Positions 54,787 through 64,000 of a stretch of DNA of 64,000 nucleotides are shown one piece after another. Position numbers and translations under genes: made by a program. The DNA comes from an uncultured virus (IMG/VR IMGVR_UViG_2855689977_000003) (Duplodnaviria; Heunggongvirae; Uroviricota; Caudoviricetes), in IMG/VR virus record IMGVR_UViG_2855689977_000003; one strand, written 5' to 3'. Numbering within the stretch: position 1 is the first letter of the stretch; every line of letters begins with the position of its first letter. The notes below the pieces were generated by a model. It made no database searches. It had not been told where the DNA came from and saw only the letters and a list, made by a program, of their open reading frames with translations.

Positions 54787-55608
54787 GTGACCCGCTGGGA
54801 CGTGACGAAGGCCGTCCGCGCGTCGGACCTGCCCTCGGCGTCCCGCCTGATCATGCTGACGCTCGCCGACGTGGCCGAGGTCGGCACCGCCGAGATCCCC
54901 GCGCGCTTCACTCCGTCGCTGACCGTGCTGGCCCGTGAGACGGGGCTGGCGAAGAGCACCGTCAAGGCGCACCTTGCCGCGCTCGATGAGGCGGGGTGGC
55001 TGGTGCGTACCCGGCCGGACGCCAAGGCGCAGTGGCACGGGGAGCGGACCCGCTACCGGCTGGCGCTGCCGGACGGTGCGGGGGTAGGCCATGACGTGGC
55101 CCAGGTAGGCCAGGAGATGGCCCAGGGTGGGCCGGTAGATGACCCAGGGGTAGGCCAGGAGTTGGCCCTACCTAGGCCGGGAGATGGCCACCTAGAGACA
55201 GATCATTCAGATCAGGATCAGATCTCTACTGATCGTCCTTCCCGAGGGAAGGACGTGGCGATCCCAGACCGCGCCGACGTCGAGCAGGTCTGCCGTCACC
55301 TCGCCGACCGCATCGAGGGCAACGGCTCCAAGCGCCCCACGATCACCAAGACGTGGCGGGACGCCGCCCGGCGGCTCATCGACCGCGACGGCCGCACCGT
55401 CGAGCAGATCACGCGGGCCATCGACTGGTGCCAGGACGACGACTTCTGGCGCTCCAACATCCTCTCGATGCCAAAGCTCCGCGAGAAGTACGACCAGCTT
55501 CGCCTCGCCGCCCAGCGCGGCAACCGCACCAACCGCACCACTGGCCAGGACATCGACTGGAACGCAGCAATGGAACGCGCTATGGCGCGAGAGGGGATCG
55601 AGGCATGA
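54787..55608 (+). CDS. Replication initiator
   Basis: wHTH 'PSLTVLARETGLAKSTV..L..GWL'; C-terminal 'DDFWRSNILSMPKLREKYDQL'; internal repeats. Confidence 0.85.
   Translation: MTRWDVTKAVRASDLPSASRLIMLTLADVAEVGTAEIPARFTPSLTVLARETGLAKSTVKAHLAALDEAGWLVRTRPDAKAQWHGERTRYRLALPDGAGVGHDVAQVGQEMAQGGPVDDPGVGQELALPRPGDGHLETDHSDQDQISTDRPSRGKDVAIPDRADVEQVCRHLADRIEGNGSKRPTITKTWRDAARRLIDRDGRTVEQITRAIDWCQDDDFWRSNILSMPKLREKYDQLRLAAQRGNRTNRTTGQDIDWNAAMERAMAREGIEA
55084..55195. repeat. Palindromic iterons (putative ori)
   Basis: TAGGCC(A/G)-N5-TGGCC at 55085, 55106, 55151 and 55173, followed by an AT-richer GATC-rich tract. Confidence 0.7.
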
Positions 55609-56099
55609 CGCCCACGGAGGCGGTGAAGCTGGTCGGGGTGATCCGGCAGATCTGGCCGTCGATGAAGATCGACCAGTTCACTCCGGACGCCTGGCACATG
55701 GCGCTGGATGACGTGTCCCTTGATGACGCGTTGGCGGCCGTGCGGCACCTCGCCCGCAGTCGTGGCGGGTACGTGCAGCCGGTCGACATCCGCCGACGCA
55801 TCGCCGAAGCGGCCGGGCTGCTGCCGCGCAGCGAAGCCGAGGGGTTGGCGGACGCCGCCCAGGTCGCGGGGAACCGGGGCGCGGGGGCGTCGAAGCTCGA
55901 CGCGGTGACCTACCGCGCGTACCGGGCGATGGGCGGACCGACGGCGTTCGACGCCCCTATGTCGGTGATTCGGCCGCAGTGGGCGCGGGTCTGGTCCGAC
56001 GTGGCGCAGCGGTACGAGGAGGAGTTGCTGGCCGGCGACCTCGGTCGCGAGGTTGAGGCGCGCCGCGTGCTGGCCATCGAGGCCGGGGGGTCCGCCTGA
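55605..56099 (+). CDS. Helicase loader/inhibitor-like protein (SPP1 G39P-like)
   Basis: 'MTPTEAVKLV..DAWHMAL..ALAAV..QPVDIR'; directly after the initiator. Confidence 0.65.
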   Translation: MTPTEAVKLVGVIRQIWPSMKIDQFTPDAWHMALDDVSLDDALAAVRHLARSRGGYVQPVDIRRRIAEAAGLLPRSEAEGLADAAQVAGNRGAGASKLDAVTYRAYRAMGGPTAFDAPMSVIRPQWARVWSDVAQRYEEELLAGDLGREVEARRVLAIEAGGSA

Positions 56100-58132
56100 T
56101 GTCCCACACCCCGCCCGCCCCGCGCCGCCAGCCCGCCTACGACGCCGTGTACGCCGTCATCCGCCAGTACCCGCCGATCACCAGCGGCGACATCATGCCG
56201 GCCGTCGAGAACGGCCGCGTGTGGCGTGCTGTCCATGCCGCTCTCGACGCTGTGGAGCCTGCCGCGCATCTGCTGCCGCTGCTCGACCTCACCGCCGACG
56301 AGCTGGACGCGCTCCGCCTGGCCGCCGCGAAGTACCGGGCGATCGACACCAAGGTGCCGGCCCTCAACTCCGCCCTGGACAAGCTCACCACCACCGACAC
56401 CACCGAGGAGACGTCATGAGCCAGCCTGACCCGATCACCGACCGGCCGCCCATGCCGCCCGCCGATTTCCTCGCCGCCGTCACCATGGTCGGCGAGCGCG
56501 CCGCCGCCGGATACGGCTGGCAGGAGGGCTACCTTGCCGGACGCGCCGCCGCCGCTGCCGACATTCGCGCCCGCATCGCCCAGTACACCGACCCGACCGC
56601 GACGGAAGCCGAGCGGGATGTGGCTCACGGGCTGCGTACCGCCGCTGACATCGCCGCCCGGCTCACCACCACCGAGGAGACCGACCGATGACCGCGCTGA
56701 CGTTCCGTAAAAAGCCCGTCGAGATCCAAGCTATGCAGTGGACCGGCGACAACTCTGGCGACCTCTACCGCTTCGCGGCGGGCCACTTCGCCGTGATGGA
56801 CGAGCAGGACAGGGCCAACTGTGATGATCCGGAGGCGACCGCCCAAATCTTCGACGTGCTGCATTCCACCTGGGTGCTGGTCTACACCGGCGACTGGATC
56901 ATCCGGGGTATCCAGGGCGAGCACTACCCGTGCCGCCCCGACGTGTTCGAGGCGACCTACGAGCGGGTGGACCGTGGCTGAGTCTCGTCGGTTGCGTACT
57001 CAGGCCGACGAGCACGGCAACATCGCCGACGACTGCGGCCACTGCACCCTGCTGCCCGGCGTCAACGGCCCCGTGCGTGTCGCCCAGGTCGGCTGCCCGG
57101 TGCACAGCGAGCACCCGACTGCGCGCCGGTTGCGTACTCAGGCTGAGCGGGACGCCGACGGGCAGGCGTGGCGCGCCCCGGGCTGCACATCAGGCCAGCC
57201 GTGGATCTGCACCCCTGCCGACTGCCCCGGATGCTTCAACCCGCACTGCTGGATCACCGACGGGATCACCTGCCGCAACGGGTGCACCGTGGTCCCGCAC
57301 AACCAGTTGACGCCCGACCAGCTCGCAGCGATCAGGGAGCGGATGGTCACGGACATGCGCGCGGCCCGGGATCGCTTCCTTGCCGCTGTGGCAACCGAGA
57401 GCCCGCGCGTGCTGGTCGACCCGGACATCTGGGTCCACATGGAGCCGATCGCCCCGCCGCGCCGCCGTTGGTGGCACCGACTCACCCGGAGAGCCCGATG
57501 ACCACCGAACAGCTTGACCTCTTCGCCCCGCAGCAGACCGACGCACCGCTGACCGTCGCCGACCTCGACGAATGGATCGCCGCTACCCGCGCCGTCGCCA
57601 ATCCGCACGTCGCCGGGCATTGGCCGAACGAGTGGGCTCGCGCCGGCCTCGGTGCACTGCTCGGCGAGGGGATCCCGCATCGCCGCTGGTCGACGCGGGA
57701 ACTGCTCGATGCGCTGGCCCGCGCCCGCCAGATCGCCATCCGCACCGAGGAGCCCGCCCGACTCACCCGGAGGAACCCGTGACCCAGCCCGCCTACACCG
57801 ACGCCGACGTCGACCAGCTACACGAAACGTTCGCCAAGGCGTGGACTCTGCACCTGGGTCAGCACTCGGGTCAGCACTCGGCGCTCGCCGGTTGCAACTC
57901 GGAGCTGAACACCGAGGACTGCTGCGACCGAGAGGGCCTGCGTGCCGTGCTGGCCCACCTCGCTGACGCCGGCCGGCTTACCACCAACGGCCGGTGCGGC
58001 GACATCGCCCCCAACCTCTCGCTGATCGCCAGCCACATCCGGCAGGTCTGCTGCCTCACCGCAGGCCACGCCGGATGGCATCGCGGCGACGACGGCAGCG
58101 AATGGGTCGAGCACAACGAGGAGCCCGCCTGA
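56099..58132 (+). other. Run of six small coupled genes
   Basis: 56099-56419, 56416-56691, 56688-56981, 56974-57501, 57498-57782 and 57779-58132. Confidence 0.65.
56688..56981 (+). CDS. Near-identical copy of 13139-13426
   Basis: Direct comparison of the translated ORFs. Confidence 0.85.
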   Translation: MTALTFRKKPVEIQAMQWTGDNSGDLYRFAAGHFAVMDEQDRANCDDPEATAQIFDVLHSTWVLVYTGDWIIRGIQGEHYPCRPDVFEATYERVDRG

Positions 58133-58800
58133 TGCACCCGCACATCCTTCACGCCCTGGCCGCCGCCGACAGCCTCCGCCGCGCTCTGACCGCGTTGGAG
58201 GCGAGCGCCAAGGCGGCAGCGGACGGCGCGGTCGACGGCTCCCGCATCGACGATGTGGCGATCCCGTCGCAGGTGTTCGGCCGCCGCACCGCCCTCGGCG
58301 GGCACGGCGACCCCACCGCAGCCCTCGCACTCGGGGCGTGGGCGCCCGGCGGCCCCAACCCCGACGCCCAGCTGCTCGGTGATCTGATGCGCCAGCTCGA
58401 CGAGATGGCCGCACATGTGCCCGGCGCGAACGGCCAGGATCCGCTCGCCCGCATCCGCCTACACATCCCGCACATGCGCCCCCACATCGCCGCCCGCACC
58501 ACCCAAGCCCTCACCCACCTCGACGGGCAGGCACGCCGCCGGTTGCAGATGCCACCCGACCAGCAGCCCCTCGCCGGGGAGTGCCCGGGATGCCGCGCCC
58601 GTGGGGTGCTGTACGTCGCGACCTGCGGGCCGGAGGCGGAACGCACCGTCGTCTGCGGCGCCGGCTGCGTCTGCGTCGGCGACGGCTGCCGCTGCGGAAT
58701 GCCGACGCGCGAGGCGGGTGTGGCGCACATCTGGGACCACACCGCGTTCGCCGCCGTCGGTGTGGTTGCGGGGAACGCGCCGACCGGCACCACCAACTGA
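58132..58800 (+). CDS. Homologue of 12126-12815
   Basis: 'LHALAAA.SLR..HGDP..CPGC..CVCVGDGCRCGM..GVAHIW'. Confidence 0.75.
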   Translation: MHPHILHALAAADSLRRALTALEASAKAAADGAVDGSRIDDVAIPSQVFGRRTALGGHGDPTAALALGAWAPGGPNPDAQLLGDLMRQLDEMAAHVPGANGQDPLARIRLHIPHMRPHIAARTTQALTHLDGQARRRLQMPPDQQPLAGECPGCRARGVLYVATCGPEAERTVVCGAGCVCVGDGCRCGMPTREAGVAHIWDHTAFAAVGVVAGNAPTGTTN

Positions 58801-58821
58801 CCCGACCCGAAGGAGATCACC

Positions 58822-59175
58822 ATGGGCTACCTGAACCCACACACCCACCAGCTCGACACCCCGTCCCGGACGCGAGTCGTCGTGCTCTGCGGCTCCACCC
58901 GCTTCAAGGACGACTTCGAGCGCGTCAACCGATCCCTCACCCTGGGCGGCCACATCGTGCTCGCCCCTGGCGTGTTCGGCCACGCTGACGGCATCGAGCT
59001 GTCCGAGGCGAGCAAGGAGGCGCTGGACGAGCTGCACCTACGGAAGATCGACATGGCCGACGAGGTGATCGTGGTCAACCCGGGCGGCTACATCGGAGAT
59101 AGCACCCGGCGGGAGATCGCCTACGCCGAGCAGATCGGGAAGCACGTCGACTACCTCGACGCCCGAGGATGGTAG
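58822..59175 (+). CDS. Nucleoside 2-deoxyribosyltransferase-like protein
   Basis: 'VLCGS.RF..KIDMADEVIVVN..GYIG.ST..EI.YA..GK'. Confidence 0.65.
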   Translation: MGYLNPHTHQLDTPSRTRVVVLCGSTRFKDDFERVNRSLTLGGHIVLAPGVFGHADGIELSEASKEALDELHLRKIDMADEVIVVNPGGYIGDSTRREIAYAEQIGKHVDYLDARGW

Positions 59176-59977
59176 CCGCGACCGTTCGACCTGGGAGGAT
59201 GGACCCGTGAACACACCAGCCAACGAACCAGCCGACGCGTTCTACGTGCTGTCCGTGGTGAAGCAGACCGAGGGCGGCGTCACTAGCCAGATGTGGGCGA
59301 TCACGGCTGAGCAGGCCGAGCAGGTCGCCCGCGACATGGGGCCGGCCAGCAGTGAGATGTTTGCTCCCCGGGAAGCGGCTGAGGGTTTGCACGACTCCGC
59401 TCACGCTGCCGGTGCCGTGTTCATGGACGTTGAGCCGTGACCACACCAGCCGACCAGCCCGACCCGATCCGCTGCACGTCGACGACGCGGCCACACCACC
59501 CGCCGTACGGCACGCGGGTGCTGGAAGAGGACACCGGCCTGATCCAACGGTTCCACTCCGGCGCATACGGCTCGGGCTGGAGCGTCGACGGAACCACAGA
59601 CGCCCGACGGCCACCCGCGTACCGCGCTTTGCTCGCCGCAACGGACGGGCTCGCCCGCGAGATGGTGGAGCTTCACCGACCCGAGCCGGACATCGTTCAC
59701 GGAAACGACGTCCGGCGTTGGCGGTGCGCGGGCTGCGACGCCGAAGGCTGCGACTGGGAGCACCCGGAGTGGCCGTGCCGCACCAGCCAGCTTGCCGCCG
59801 AGCGGGCCGACGTGTCGCTACGCGAGGACCACTACACCGTGGAGTCCGGGTGATCTGGGTTAGGGGTGTGGAGTACGGCACCGCCGCCGTCGGATGGACG
59901 CTCACCGCCGTCGCGGTAGCCCTCGTCGGCGCTCTGGCCTGGCTGCTGTGGGATGCCCTACGAGGTCGGTGGCGTCC

Positions 59978-60229
59978 GTGATCTGGAACCTGCGCGACAA
60001 CGAGGAATGGCTGACCGCCGCCGAACTCGCCGACCGACTCGGCGTCACCATCTGGACCGTCTACAAGTGGCGTGACCCGAAGGAGTGGAAGAACCCCGCC
60101 GACGCCCTCACCACCGTCCGCATCGACGGCGTGGACCACTCGCCGCTGCCCGAAGCTGCTGCGATCGACCGGGGCAAGCGGGACGAGACACGCGGAGCAC
60201 CCCGCCTGGCTGGCGCTGCCGCCACCTGA
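59978..60229 (+). CDS. HTH protein, candidate late-gene regulator
   Basis: 'WLTAAELADRLGVTIWTVYKW'. Confidence 0.65.
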   Translation: MIWNLRDNEEWLTAAELADRLGVTIWTVYKWRDPKEWKNPADALTTVRIDGVDHSPLPEAAAIDRGKRDETRGAPRLAGAAAT

Positions 60230-60234
60230 TCCAC

Positions 60235-60321
60235 TATTCTCCAAGCGAGGGGTAGGCGAAGTCTGCCCTGAAACAGCCCGGACGGTTGATCACTCAGATC
60301 CCGCCGGGCTGTTGTGCGTCC
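60235..60321 (+). promoter_or_regulatory. Late leader: -10 box, hairpin and terminator
   Basis: TATTCT; GGGTAGGCGAAGTCTGCCC; AACAGCCCGG / CCGGGCTGTT. Confidence 0.55.
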
Positions 60322-60396
60322 AGGGACCGGGACGCGTCACGGGGCGGGACGACCTGGCTGGTGCCGGCCCGCCCCACACGCAGCACAGGAGGGTCG

Positions 60397-60646
60397 ATGA
60401 ACCGCTACACGGCTGCCGGGCGCCCTTCCTGGCGAGAAGGTCCGCCGCGCCAACGGCGAGGAAGCGATCCGGGTCGAGAACGGTCAGGGCTGCGTGAAGT
60501 TCCGCTCGGTCCGTTCGACAGCCGGGTTGCGCGGGATCACCGTGGACGTGGTGGTCTTCGACTTCCCCAACCCGACCTACGAGGCGATGCAGGCTGTCAT
60601 GCCCAACATCGCAGGCTCACCCGACGGCGAAGTCATCCGGCCCTGA
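60397..60646 (+). pseudogene. Frame-broken remnant resembling a TerL ATPase segment
   Basis: RBS and MNRYTAAG, then +1 frame 'VRRANGEEAI..VKFRS..GLRGITVDVVVFD'. Confidence 0.5.
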
Positions 60647-60683
60647 CGAACCCCGGGGCTGATCGAACGAGGGGGTGGATCAC

Positions 60684-60989
60684 ATGGCCCGCCCCACCAC
60701 CACCGGTCGCGGCTACGGGTGGGAACACCAGCAGGCCAGGGCCAAGGCACTAGCCGAGCTACGCCGCACAGGCGTCGCGCCCTGCCCGTTCTGCACACAC
60801 GACATGGACGCCAGCATGGCACTGGACTACGACCACTACCCGCCCCTCGCCCTGGGCGGTGGTGGCACCCGACGCCTGGCCCATGCCACCTGCAACCGTC
60901 GTGCTGGTCAACGCCTTGGACTCCAGCGTCGTCGCCTTCGCACTCGCACACACCAACCAACTCGCGCGACCAACTCGCAGCAGTGGTGA
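60684..60989 (+). CDS. Packaging-associated HNH endonuclease
   Basis: 'RGYG.EHQ..CPFC..DYDH..AHATCN'. Confidence 0.8.
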   Translation: MARPTTTGRGYGWEHQQARAKALAELRRTGVAPCPFCTHDMDASMALDYDHYPPLALGGGGTRRLAHATCNRRAGQRLGLQRRRLRTRTHQPTRATNSQQW

Positions 60990-61197
60990 CGGTGGGTGGA
61001 GGTAGGGGGGCAGGGTCGTCACGCAACGTGGCGAGCCCTGACCCATCGCCTTTCCGTCAGGCTTTCTGTGTGCGGAGGATCTTGACCGGCCCTCCGTTAC
61101 GCGCACGGCACCCGCACAACCGATAGACGCCCTCGGCTGATCCCCGAGGGAAGGCGGCCCCGAGTCTCCCGGCTCGGGGCCCCCGCATATCCGGGAG

Positions 61198-61812
61198 ATG
61201 ACCATGGCGAGGAAACCCGATACCCCGTGCGCTGGCGGCTGCGGCACCCTGCTTTGGAGCGGGACGACGTCCCTCCCGGCCGGCGAGCGAATGTGCCAGC
61301 CGTGCCGGCGGCAACGGACCACGCGAACGTGTGAGGTCTGCGGCGAGCAGTTCCATCCGAACAGCCACCGCGATCGGCAGCAGCTCACGTGCTCCCGTAA
61401 GTGCGGCGTGGTGTCCCGCCGCTCCAAGCTCGGCACCATGGCGCGGCCCAGCCGCCCCTGCGGCGACTGCAAGACGACGACGGTCACCTGGCCGCGGATC
61501 TACTGCCCGAACTGCGCGGGCGTCCGCCGGTTGGAGCACTACCAGCGGAAGAACCTGAAGCGCCGGGCGGGCGGTACTCGAATCATGTCGATCCGGGAGC
61601 TCGCCGAGCGGGACCGGTGGCGGTGCCACCTCTGTCGGCGGCGGGTCAGCCGGACGTTGCGCTACCCGCACCCGCGGTCGGCCAGCCGAGACCACCTGAT
61701 CCCCGTTGCCGACGGCGGCACTAACGACCCGGCGAACCTGGCTCTGGCGCACTGGGATTGCAACGTGCGCCGGCGTACGGGCGGCACGGTTCAGCTCCAG
61801 TTGGTGGTGTGA
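61198..61812 (+). CDS. HNH endonuclease with zinc ribbons
   Basis: Several CxxC motifs; 'ERDRWRCHLC..DHLIP..GG..NL.LAH..CN'. Confidence 0.88.
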   Translation: MTMARKPDTPCAGGCGTLLWSGTTSLPAGERMCQPCRRQRTTRTCEVCGEQFHPNSHRDRQQLTCSRKCGVVSRRSKLGTMARPSRPCGDCKTTTVTWPRIYCPNCAGVRRLEHYQRKNLKRRAGGTRIMSIRELAERDRWRCHLCRRRVSRTLRYPHPRSASRDHLIPVADGGTNDPANLALAHWDCNVRRRTGGTVQLQLVV

Positions 61813-61814
61813 CC

Positions 61815-62303
61815 ATGGCCGACGCTACGAACGCCGAGCGGCAGCGCCGGCACCGCAAGCACAAGGCCGGTGACCACTCGCTGTGTGACCCGAGACGGTG
61901 CGATGACGCCGTTACCCCGGTCGTAACGCGTCCGGCGGACCGTCGGCTTGGTCCCCGCGGCCGGCGGCTGTGGGAGGAAGAGGGCGGCGACGGTCTGACC
62001 GGCGTCCGCCGGAACGTCCTCGAGGAAGCTTGCCGGCTGGTCGACCGGCTGGATCGGCTCGACGCGATCCTTAACGGCCGGGACCGGGCGTGGCTGACGT
62101 TGGAGCTCGACGACGAGACCGGCGAGATCACCGTGGTCGTCGACAAGATCCTGTCGGAGTCCCGCCAGCAGCAGTTGGCGCTGAAGCAGCTCGCCGGGGA
62201 ACTGCGAGCGGGTGGCGGCGCCGCGAAGCCCGCGACGGGAGGCAGCATCCTTGACCAGCTCGCTGCTCGACGTGCGCAGAGGCTCGCAAACCCCGCGGGT
62301 TAG
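61815..62303 (+). CDS. terS: Terminase small subunit
   Basis: 'GRRLW..LEEACRLVDRLDRL..ESRQQ..LDQLAARRA'; overlaps the TerL start. Confidence 0.8.
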   Translation: MADATNAERQRRHRKHKAGDHSLCDPRRCDDAVTPVVTRPADRRLGPRGRRLWEEEGGDGLTGVRRNVLEEACRLVDRLDRLDAILNGRDRAWLTLELDDETGEITVVVDKILSESRQQQLALKQLAGELRAGGGAAKPATGGSILDQLAARRAQRLANPAG

Positions 62304-63741
62304 CACCTACCCGACCGCCCCTTACAGCTCTGGCCCCGATGTGGCGGACCTGGCGGAGGCGGCGGGGCTGGTGCTGGACCCGTGGCAGCGGTACGTGCTG
62401 GAGCACGGCCTGGGCGAGCGGCCGGACGGGAAGTGGTCGGCGCTCGAGGTGTCCTGCTGGGTGCCACGCCAGAACGGCAAGGGCGCCGTCATCGAGGCCC
62501 GCGTGTTGGCTGGCCTGTTCCTCTTCGGCGAGAAGAAGATTCTCTGGAGCGCACACGAGTACAAGACCGCGCAGGAAGGGTTCCTGCGCATCCGGGAGTT
62601 GATCCAGGCCGCCCCGGACTTCAACCGGCTGGTGAAGCGGTACTGGGAAGGCTCCGGCGAGCAGGGCATTGAGCTGACCACCGGCCAGCGGTTGAAGTTC
62701 ATCGCCCGCAGCCGCGGCTCCGGCCGAGGGTTCTCCGGTGACTGCATCATTCTCGACGAGGCGCAGGAACTGACCCTGCTTCAGATGAAGGCGCTGTTCT
62801 CGACGATGAGCGCCAAGTCGATGCACGGGAACCCGCAGATCTGGTACTTCGGCACCCCGCCTGAGGATCCGGCTGCATGGGTGTACGGCATCCGCAAGGA
62901 CGGGGAAGCCGGGAAGGACCGGCTGGCGTACTTCGACTGGGGGTTGGGTGAGATTGACCCGGCCGTCCCGCTGAAGGACCGGCTGAAGGAGTACGCCGAT
63001 CGGGACCTCTGGTACCGGGCCAACCCGGGGCTGGGCATCCGGATCAGCGAGGAGTTCTGCGAGAACGAGCTGTCCCGGCTGAAGGAAGGCTTCGCCCCTG
63101 AACGGCTGGGCATGTGGCTTCCGTGGGCGGGCGAGGGCGTGCCGAAGTGGCAGGTCATCTCCGAGGCCGCGTGGACGGCCCGGTGCAACCCGGATTCCAA
63201 GCGCGACGGGCGACCCGCGTTCGGGGTGTACGTGCCGCCCGACAGGTCGTACACGGCGATCGGCGCCGCCGGCGTATCCACGCTCGGCGGCAGGCACATC
63301 GAGGTGACCGGACGTGACGGTGTCCTCGACTACCGCCCCGGCGTCAAGTGGGTCGTGGCGCGGCTGAAGGAACTTGAGCGGCATCAGCCGTCCGTGCTCG
63401 TCATCGACGACAAGGCCCTGGCCGACGAGGCGGAAGCCGCCGGCCTGACGGTGCACCGCGCCACTCCTAGCGATGTGGTGACCGGCTGCCAGCTGTTCTA
63501 CGACGGGGTTGCCGGCCCTGACGAGGATGCGCGGGACGTGTGGCACATCGGCCAGAAAGAGGTCGACGACGCCGTTGAAGGCGCGGTGAAGCGGGACGTG
63601 GGCGGTTCGTGGGCGTGGCAACGCCGGGACCTGGCCGTCGACGTCACCACGCTGCCCGCCCTGTCCCTGGCGCTGTTCGGCCACTCGACCAAGCGTGTGC
63701 ACCGGCCCAGCCGGCCAACACCGATGGCGGCATTCGCCTGA
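62251..63741 (+). CDS. terL: Terminase large subunit (HK97-like/cos type)
   Basis: LDPWQ, PRQNGK, GRG..ILDEAQ and W.RANPGLG motifs; TTG start with GGGAGG. Confidence 0.93.
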   Translation: MTSSLLDVRRGSQTPRVSTYPTAPYSSGPDVADLAEAAGLVLDPWQRYVLEHGLGERPDGKWSALEVSCWVPRQNGKGAVIEARVLAGLFLFGEKKILWSAHEYKTAQEGFLRIRELIQAAPDFNRLVKRYWEGSGEQGIELTTGQRLKFIARSRGSGRGFSGDCIILDEAQELTLLQMKALFSTMSAKSMHGNPQIWYFGTPPEDPAAWVYGIRKDGEAGKDRLAYFDWGLGEIDPAVPLKDRLKEYADRDLWYRANPGLGIRISEEFCENELSRLKEGFAPERLGMWLPWAGEGVPKWQVISEAAWTARCNPDSKRDGRPAFGVYVPPDRSYTAIGAAGVSTLGGRHIEVTGRDGVLDYRPGVKWVVARLKELERHQPSVLVIDDKALADEAEAAGLTVHRATPSDVVTGCQLFYDGVAGPDEDARDVWHIGQKEVDDAVEGAVKRDVGGSWAWQRRDLAVDVTTLPALSLALFGHSTKRVHRPSRPTPMAAFA

Positions 63742-63756
63742 GACAAGGAGGCCCCG

Positions 63757-64000
63757 GTGACGGTGCTGGAGTACACGGACGTGACCAGGGCCGAACGGGT
63801 GGACCGGATCACCGCCAAGGCGCGGCAGTGGACGCCCGGCCGGGTGCTGCTGGGGCTGCTCGCGGCGATCCTGGTCGGCGTGGGGCGGCTGGCGTTCGCG
63901 CTGTTCGCCGCCCTGTGGCTGGCGGTCACGTGGTGTGCGGCGGCGGTCAAGGTCGGGTGGGACGACGCCCGGCAGGCCCGGCAGGCTGCGGTTGGCGAGG
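63757..64000 (+). CDS. Small membrane protein after TerL (truncated by the window)
   Basis: RBS AAGGAGG; hydrophobic segment. Confidence 0.6.
   Translation, partial: MTVLEYTDVTRAERVDRITAKARQWTPGRVLLGLLAAILVGVGRLAFALFAALWLAVTWCAAAVKVGWDDARQARQAAVGE

Larger units (their letters stand above)
41008..64000. mobile_element. Prophage 2 (partial: integration, early, replication and packaging modules)
   Basis: Second int/repressor/xis cassette directly after the tRNA fragment, then BRO antirepressor, WhiB, initiator, HNH, TerS and TerL. Confidence 0.92.

Overview
High-GC DNA from an actinomycete (WhiB, DUF397 and GntR genes; probably a filamentous genus, by inference). The window consists entirely of two tandem, co-oriented temperate siphovirus-like prophages. 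They are joined at the 3' half of a tRNA-Thr(CGT) gene (41008-41051), which serves as the att core. Prophage 1 (1-41051) looks nearly complete: integrase, repressor, excisionase, AAA protein, UvrD-like helicase, initiator with 21-bp iterons, DNA methyltransferase, PBSX-type terminase, head, tail, lysis genes and an accessory right arm. Prophage 2 (41008 to beyond 64000) is seen from its integrase to its terminase and contains one 395-N gap inside a 24-bp coding tandem repeat. The most interesting signals come from comparing the two phages. (1) Both repressor genes have two in-frame leaderless starts about 40 codons apart, with operators inside the extension. (2) Both have an HTH gene, promoter, hairpin and terminator cassette before the late genes, suggesting antitermination. 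(3) Prophage 1 has a kil/kor-spd-like operon of membrane-anchored HTH proteins whose genes carry oriented hexamer arrays. (4) Short direct repeats bracket single small genes. (5) A near-identical gene shared by both phages could loop out a hybrid genome. All product calls come from motif recognition by eye. No database search was run, and start codons were refined manually.
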